Shown: positions 54,188 through 64,000 of the stretch, in pieces
Position numbering within the stretch: the first letter of the stretch is position 1
Layout of the letters: each line of letters opens with the position of its first letter
The notes under the pieces: model-generated
The model's input: the letters and a program-made list of their open reading frames with translations, nothing else
Database searches by the model: none
What the model was told of the DNA's origin: nothing
Source of the DNA: Octopus sinensis
Taxonomy: Eukaryota
Length of the DNA: 64,000 nt
Reading direction: 5' to 3'
Assembly: GCF_006345805.1 (NCBI RefSeq)
Contig: NC_043012.1
Coordinates: forward strand, 29,450,001-29,514,000
Made by a program: the position numbers and the translations under genes

Positions 54188-55789
54188 CAATGGCGGCCAA
54201 AATGTTCAGAACGGCATTGTTTTTGTCAGAAAAGTAGCTATAATTTTTTATCAAAGTTGTTTTATATTCTATAATTTTCACAGGCAATAAATACAATATT
54301 ATTTGTTATTGCCTGAGATTTTGGTGTAATTTGAGAGGATAATACAAATGTTATGGATGATTTAGTGATTTACTGCAAAACCCATGGCGGCCAAAATGAT
54401 CAGAACGGTTGCTTTTACTCCGTGTTTTAGTATATTTAACCGGCGAACTCTAATGTTTTGAATTTGTTTACGTGACGGTTCGTTTACTAAACATTAGTAA
54501 GAATATTTGCCACTTACTCCGTTACCAATTCGTCAGCAGAATTCGTAAGCTTCGAAGGAAGGATAATTTAAGTATTGGATCATTGCAAAGATTGTTAACA
54601 AGTCAAAAAGTGTTGTACACGGTATTCTTAAGGTCTACGATGATTGTGGTTCGTGTAAAGCAAGAAAGTTTACAGGTAGGCCAAGAAAAACGACCAAAAA
54701 AGAAGATCGTGCTATGGTAAAGTTGGTTAAAAAGGACAGATTTAAAACTGATGCTGCTGTTTCTCGGAAAATGAGCATTGTATTGAAGAAAACTTTATCT
54801 CGAAAAACTGTGTCTCGTCGTTTAGTTGAACATGACCTACAAGCAAGAGCACCTGCAGTGAAGCCACTGATCAGCTCCAGGAATAAAAAGTGTCGTCTTA
54901 CCTTTGCAACCGAACATGTGTTGTGGTCTCAAGAAAAATGGCAAACGGTGCATTTCAGTGATGAATCTAAGTTTATGTTATTTGGCTCAGATGGGAAAAG
55001 GTACGTTCGTAGAAAAGTAGGTGAAAAATTGTCGCCTAAATGCCTTAAGACTAGTGTTAAATTCGGTGGAGGAAGTGTCATGGTTTGGGGGATGATATCT
55101 GGAGATGGTGTGGGCCCTGTGGTGCGATTACATGGAAAGGTAAATGCAGGAGTTTATAAACAACTTGTAAAAGATCATGTCTTGCCTGTGCTGAGAAATT
55201 CAACTAAGCGACCACCCATATTCATGCAGGACAATGCCCCATGTCACAAGGCTAAGGTGGTCATGAACTTCCTCAAGGCTGAAAAGGTTATTGTTATGGA
55301 TTGGCCAGCTCAGAGCCCAGATCTCAATCCTATTGAAAATGTATGGAATATTCTAGGAGAACGTTCGAAAGCCAGAAGTCCTAAAACAACTGAGCAATTA
55401 TAGAATGCCCTTCAGGAAGAATGGAATAAGATCACCCAGCAAGAAATTGAAAATTTAATTTCCTCATGCAGTCGAAGATGTCAGAGTGTGATTGAAGCTA
55501 AAGGGCTTCACAGTAAATATTAAATAATTCCAGTATTCTCTGTCATTTTTGATTATTTTGTTATTTTTTCAACCGTTCTGATCATTTTGGCCGCCATGGG
55601 TTTTGCAGTAAATCACTAAGTCATCAATAACTTTTGTATTCTCCTTTCAAATTATACCAAAATCTCAGACAATAACAATTAATATTGTATTTATTGTCTG
55701 TGAAAATTATAGAATATAAAACAACTTTGATAAAACCACATACTTTTCTGACGAAAACAATGCCGTTCTGAACATTTTGGCCGCAACTG
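54188..55789 (+). mobile_element. Tc1-family DNA transposon with ~220-bp IR/DR-type TIRs
   Basis: TA flanks; TIR CAATGGCGGCCAAAATGTTCAGAACGG; the same motif is repeated at the inner TIR end (54384-54408 and 55572-55598). Confidence 0.93.
54714..55523 (+). pseudogene. Tc1 DD34E transposase; N-terminus frameshifted, TAG at 55401
   Basis: FSDESKF, MQDNAPCH and WPAQSPDLNPIENVW with 34 residues between the second D and E; frame continues past the stop to KGLHSKY-stop. Confidence 0.9.
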
Positions 55790-55858
<69 letters not shown>

Positions 55859-55892
55859 TGTGTGTGTGTGTAAGTATATATATATATATATG

Positions 55893-55994
<102 letters not shown>

Positions 55995-56991
55995 ATATAT
56001 ATGTACTGTGTATGTCTTTGTGTTTCTGTTTGTCTCCCGCCACCGCTTGACAACCGATATTGGTTTGTTTACGTCTCTATAACTTGCAGTTCAGCAAAAG
56101 GACTGATAAAAATAAGTGTCAGGCTTAAAATCCTTGCATAAGTATTAGGGTCGACTTTTTTTTCGACTAAACCTTTCAAGTTTTGTGCCCCAGTTTGGCC
56201 GCAGTCCAATAACTGAAACAAATGAAAGATAAAACAAAGGAAAAATGATTGTAAATTCCGATAAAAAGAAAAGCAAAACAAAGCAATGAAAGTGAAGATG
56301 AAGAAAACGATGACGATGAAAGAGATGGAGATGAAGAATTATGAGGGAGTTAAGTGAAATGAAGCAATGAAAGAGGTTGAGTAGCGCCACTTCATGAAGG
56401 ACCAGGAAGTAAGGAATCTTTAAAACATGGAAAGCGATATAGTTCTAAGCAAATGAAGAAACTTGAATGAGATATTTTAAAATCTGCGTGAAAAGACCTT
56501 CAGCTGAAAATCGCGGGCCTTTAACTTCGCGTAACTCGGGTGTCCGTCTGTTATTTATTATATTATCAAGCTCTTTCCTGTTGTCTTCCTATTTTGTCCG
56601 TGTGTTACACCAAGGGAGGTAATAACCCGAATGGAGAAAGATAAACTGAGAGAGCAGAGGAGGGAGGGGAGACAAATACACGAACAGAAATAGTGGAATA
56701 AGTGAAAAAATACAGAGAGAGGGAGAGAGAGAGAGAGAGAGATGGTGACAGAGATAGGAAGAGATAGATAGGGAGAGAGAGAGAGTGAGAAAGAGAAGGA
56801 GAAGGTTCATATTCTACATATCTGTGTTCAAATCGCAGACACCATCGAAATTTTTAACATAATGAAATGATGTCATGAAGATCTCTTAAATTTATGCATT
56901 GAAAGATACATCGATAGATATACCTATGGATGTTACATTTTTATCTTTAAATGGCAGGATTTCAAAAGAAATTCTTTGCTTGAGTTTGATA

Positions 56992-58670
56992 CGAGGCTGG
57001 GCTGAAAAGTTCATGAGCTGTCTATAAAGAAGTGATGCTAGAGCTATGACATCTTGCATGACTTAATTCCAACCCTTCTTCATAAGAACTGCATTAAGGC
57101 AGCGAGCTGGCAGAAATGCTTGCACGCCGGGCGAAATATTTAGCGGTATTTCGTCTGCCGCTACGTTCTGAGTTCAAATTCTTCCGAGGTCGACTTTGCC
57201 CTTCATCCTTTCGGGGTCGATTAAATAAGTACCAGTTACGCATTGGGGTCGACATAATCGACTTAATCCGTTTGTCTGTCCATGTTTGTCCTCTCTGTGT
57301 TTAGCCCCTTGTGGGTAGTAAAGAAATAGGTATTTCGTCTGTTTTTACGTTCTGAGTTGAAATTCCACCGAGGTAGACTTCGCCTTTCATCCTGTCGGGA
57401 TCGATAAATTAAGTACCAATTACGTACTGGGGTCGATGTAATCGACTGCCTCCCCCCCCCCCTCGAAAAAAATTTCGGCCCTTTTGCATAGAGTTGCATG
57501 ATTAATAACTGCATTCTTTATTTCCAGGTAAACATCTGAGTGTCGAGAGAAGATTTCAAAAGTAATCTACAAAATTTGGCAATCATTGTATTATTCAAGT
57601 AGCTGCAGAAAATTTGTTTAACTCCACCAAGGACATTCATGCTGACATGATTGCTACATTAGGGAGTGGACGCTCCAGTTTTATAAACAGTGCAGAAGTG
57701 GGCAACTGAAGTTAGGAGAGAAAGGGAGAGTCTTGAAGAGGACCAAGAGTCTGGACGTCCTGCAACTTGCAGCGGCAAGGAAAACCTTGATCGTGTTGAT
57801 CACATGGTGATGGATGACAAGCGATTGACAATAAATCAAATTGCCAATGCTATTTGCATATCCCGATTGAGTTGGAAATATTCTGCACAATGAACTTGGT
57901 ATGATGAAGATTTCTGTTCGGTGCGTGGACCAGGCTGATCACATCACGGGAAAATCTGACATTGTTTGAGGTAGACCCAGGTGGTTTCCTTGAACGGTTC
58001 CTAAGCCAAGATGAATGTTGGGTTCATCACTTTGAGCCAGAGACAAAGAGACAATCCATGGAGTGGAAACATCCCCTTCTCACCTACTCCAAAGAAGGCC
58101 GAGGTCGTTTCCTCTGCAAGAAAGGTGATGGCCTCGGTTTTGGGGGAGACTATCTTCAAAAGAGTTACACCAACAATGGAGAGTACTATGCTAACTTGCT
58201 GAGGCAGTTACGAAAAGCTATCTGGACTAAACGTTCTCCAGGAAAACTGACGAAAGAGGTTTTGTTTCATAAGGACAATGCCCCAGCACTCAAGACCTTG
58301 CTTTCAATGGCTGCTGTGCATGTCTGTGACTTTGAACTGGTTGTTCACCCATCCACCCTATTCTTCTGCTGATTTGGGCCCTTCTCACTAACATGAAAAA
58401 CACTTGGCTGGGAACCAGTATGGCAATGGCGATGACGTCATATCTGCTGTAAATGACTTTTTTGAGCAACAGGATGAAAGCTTCGTCACCATTAGGAACC
58501 AAGCACTGCAATACCGATGGAAGAAGCGTGTGGACTGCAAGGGGCCGGGGTGGGTTGTATGTGTGTGTGTGTGTGTGTGTGTGGGATAACTACGCTGAAA
58601 ATTAATCCTCATTTGTTCAACTTCGATGAGAATTTTTTGGCCAGCCTATGAACTTTTCAGCTGACCCTCG
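56992..58670 (+). mobile_element. Decayed mariner transposon
   Basis: TA-flanked TIRs CGAGGCTGGGCTGAAAAGTTCAT / ATGAACTTTTCAGCTGACCCTCG; SGRPAT, DECWVHHFEPETKRQSMEW, FHKDNAP, HPxYSADLGPS-like motifs. Confidence 0.88.
57096..57506 (+). mobile_element. Compound family A SINE inserted in the mariner
   Basis: Possible TSD AACTGCATT at 57087-57095 and 57507-57515; internal Tx1-like tail at 57270-57328. Confidence 0.78.
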
Positions 58671-59496
58671 TATATAGAGATGAAACAGTGGCGGGGACGG
58701 AAGAAAGCCTTGCTGTACACCTTGGAAAATGTTGAAGTTGTTTGGATATACATTGATAGTGTCTCTAGTTTGGTAATAGGTATTAAATAATGATGGTGGC
58801 GTTGTTGTTGATGATGATGATGGTGGTGACGGTGGTGATGTTGACTTTAATTGCAATGGTAGTAGTGGTTGTCATAGTGACAGGAGCGAGATTGTGGTGG
58901 TCGTAATGTCACTTGCTGAGATGTTGATAATGATAATAATGATGATGATGGTAGCGGTGGGAGGTGCGTATGTATGTGTGTTATGTGTTTGTGTGTGTGT
59001 GTGTGGGGGGGGGGGGTGATTGGAATAGCTGTGGTCGGATGGGAGAGAAGTGAGGAAAAAAAAAGAATATAAAGAAGGAAGAAACGAGTAAATTGAGAAG
59101 GTGTAGGAGGGGCGATGAGGAATGGGATGAGGAAGGGGATGAAGAGGGGGAATAAAGTGGACGGGTGGAAGGATTAGGAGTAACAGAATACTCGACAAAC
59201 AAAGGTGTAGAGGAAGGGGAGGCGAGGAAGGTGGGGTAAGTGGTGGGAGGAGCGGGAGGTGGGGAATTAGTTTCAAAGAAAATTTATCTACATTGGTGTG
59301 TGAGTGTGTATGCATATATATATATTATATATATATATATTATATATATATATATATATTATATCTATATATATATATATACATATACATACACACATAC
59401 GCAAAAATGTATGTGTACATATATACAAACATTCATACATACGTATATTATATATACACACATGTATATATATATATATATAAATATACACATATG

Positions 59497-59534
<38 letters not shown>

Positions 59535-59733
59535 CATATCTACATATATGTAAAAGTCTATAGATTAACGAAAGCATGTATATATACATATGCATGCATA
59601 CATACATACATGTATACATACACACACACACACACACATATATGTATATATATATATATATAATATAATATATATATATATAATATATATATATAAATAT
59701 ACACATATGTATGTATATATATATATATATATA

Positions 59734-59765
<32 letters not shown>

Positions 59766-59830
59766 GTGTGTGTTTGCGTATGCATATGTATGTATATGTA
59801 CGTGCACATATATAATATAATATATATATA

Positions 59831-59889
<59 letters not shown>

Positions 59890-60769
59890 TATACACACAC
59901 ATATGCATATACATCTTGTATATACTTGTCTGTGTGTCTCCTAGGTAACAGCTGCAGCAGCAGGAGTAGCAGGTCACGTGACCGACATTAGAGCCGGTAA
60001 CTTGAGACCGGCAGCCATTTATCATGCTTCGGTTTCGTCTGCCACACAAGAAATGGCAACGCAACAGATAAACTCCCTCCTCCCCTCACCCTCTCCCTCT
60101 TTCTCCTCAACAACCACCCCACCCCCCCATTTTACTCCCCCCACATCACCTCCACCACCACCACCACCACCACCCTGACCACCACCGCCACCACTACCTG
60201 CAATCACTACAAATCCAATACCACTACCTCCTATACCATGACAAACACCGCAGCTCTACCGCCGCACTATCTCCACCCTCATCATCCCAGTTACACCCGT
60301 CATCACCCGACCACCACCACCACCACCACCACCACCCCACGTCGACGACGGTTACCCCCATCCCCACCTCACCCCAACCCCACTTCCTATGTTATTGCCA
60401 CTGTTGTTATCCACTGCCCAAACACTGTCACACTACCACCACAACAACCACCTTCTGCCCCATCAACACTACCACCACCATCGATACTTATATCATGAAC
60501 AACTACCCACCGCCACCACCACCACCACCACCACCCTTATCACTTCCAGCACAGTATCCCAGCATCACTATCATCATCATCATTTACATCACCATCACCG
60601 CCACCTTCACATGACCACAAATACGGAAGCGGCAATCGTCTCCAACACCTCCATCTACGAAATTACCACTACCAACGCCACCAGCACCATCCTTCCCATC
60701 ATTATAAGTATCGCCATCATTACAACTACCAAGGAGTTGCCTAAATCTACCTCGGAATATACGTAAACA

Positions 60770-62510
<1,741 letters not shown>

Positions 62511-62551
62511 AACTTGCTTTTTATTATTTCTCTTTTTTTTTCACAGGTTTT

Positions 62552-62630
<79 letters not shown>

Positions 62631-62739
62631 CAACGGCAACGTCCTTTACCCATGAAGTAACAACCACTGTGGTTAATTAAGGAGTATTATTATTATTATT
62701 ATTATTATTGATTATTATTATTATTATTATTATTATTAA

Positions 62740-63232
62740 TATTGAAACAAGCTCAGGTTTGGCTTATTCCTGGTAGGGTTTATGAAGGTAGCGGGGTTTA
62801 CTACCTATAACCTTAGATATCCACAAGTTTTCGGCAGTCTTTCAAATGCTTAGGACCCTCCTGATAATAATCCTTGCTCTCCCTCCCTAAGAGGCAAAAT
62901 TTCACGAGGAACCTACCGGAGTTCTATTTGAATCTCCTTCAGCCATTTGTCTCTGCCTTTGCTTACTCTTTCCAACCAACCAATTATTATAGGAACGACC
63001 TTAACTGTTTGCATGCCCTTTCTATGTCAAATTATTTCTATTTCAAATTTTTTATATTTCAAATTTTAAAGGATTGTATTTTCTTTCTTTTTCTTCCTCT
63101 TTCTTTGCGATCCTGGAATCAAAAGGGCATGATGGGTCGATAAGTAAGCAGCATCACTTTCCCTTTTCTATGATCGTAATATCTGGTCCATTGTTTTCTA
63201 CTTTCTTGTCTGTTTGAAGAGAAAACTCCCCC
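62740..63232 (-). mobile_element. R4/Dong-like LINE 3' fragment
   Basis: EFSLQTDKKVENNGPDITII, LLIDPSCPFD, GRARIIIRRVLSI-stop; 3' end abuts (TAA)n. Confidence 0.72.
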
Positions 63233-63284
63233 GTCTCCCGTCCCCCTCCTCCCCTCCCCTCCTCTACCACCACCACCACCACCT

Positions 63285-63626
63285 CGATATTTCGTCTGTC
63301 GTTACGTTCTGAGTTCAAATTCCACTGAGGTCGACTTTGCTTTTCATCCTGTCGGGGTCGATAAATTAAGTACCAGTTACGCACTGGAGTCGATGTAATC
63401 GACTTAATCGCTTTGTCTGTCCTTGTTTGCTCCCTCTATGTTAAGCCCCTTGTGGGCAATAAAGAAATAAGAATTGTTAACACGCTGGATGAAATGTTTA
63501 GCGGTATTTCGCTCGTCGCTACGTTCTGAGTTCAAATTCCGCCGATGCCAATAAAATAAGTACCAGTTGAGAACTAAAGCGACTCATTCCCACCTCCCCC
63601 AAACTGCCCTTGTGGCGAAAATTTGA

Positions 63627-63630
<4 letters not shown>
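63285..63630 (+). mobile_element. Compound family A SINE with Tx1-like tail
   Basis: Core, then tail TGTCTGTCCTTGTTTGCTCCCTCTATGTTAAGCCCCTTGTGGGCAATAAAGAAA, then a second SINE body. Confidence 0.78.
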
Positions 63631-63676
<46 letters not shown>

Positions 63677-64000
63677 TAATAATAATAATAATAATAATGA
63701 TAATAATAATAATAATAATAATGATATTAGTATTATTATTACTACAAGTGGATATTCCGTTACATCCCTTAACGACCTGAACTCGTATCATGCCAAGTTC
63801 GACTTTGATAGTCATCCTTCGGCAATAAATATCAGTTAGCAGCTTGTGTCCAGCACAAGAGATTCTCCGATTGGTTTTGTCCCCCCAGCGTTTCCCTTCG
63901 CGATGTCCGTCAGCATTGGTGTATCCCTTGTGACTAATATAGTGTAAAATGGTTGAACACCAGAGAACATAGAATAAGCACGCATTGTTTGTTATGAATT

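Overview
Eukaryotic, gene-poor, microsatellite-saturated DNA. The tRNA-derived SINE families and the repeat landscape strongly suggest a coleoid cephalopod (Octopus-like); this is inference from recalled repeat families. No intact host gene is visible, and almost all ORFs in the track are either translated microsatellites or decayed transposon frames. Contents: two head-to-tail Tx1-clade LINEs embedded in (TATC)n (1-12027); an ORF1-only, TSD-flanked non-autonomous Tx1 derivative nested in the LTR of a decayed Gypsy element, which also carries a Merlin-like foldback MITE and a 149-bp hammerhead-containing insert; Penelope-like elements (Neptune- and Naiad-type); a non-coding ~476-nt direct/inverted repeat array with three type I hammerhead ribozymes (retrozyme-like); six R4/Dong-like RLE-LINE fragments adjoining (TAA)n-type repeats; Tc1, mariner, hAT and Helitron relics; and many SINEs. 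The best candidates for new biology are the retrozyme-like array and about nine hammerhead motifs from several families, plus a Tx1 system of (GATA)n-associated LINEs, an ORF1-only passenger and SINEs that share one 3' tail. All alignments and folds were done by eye; coordinates of decayed relics are approximate.
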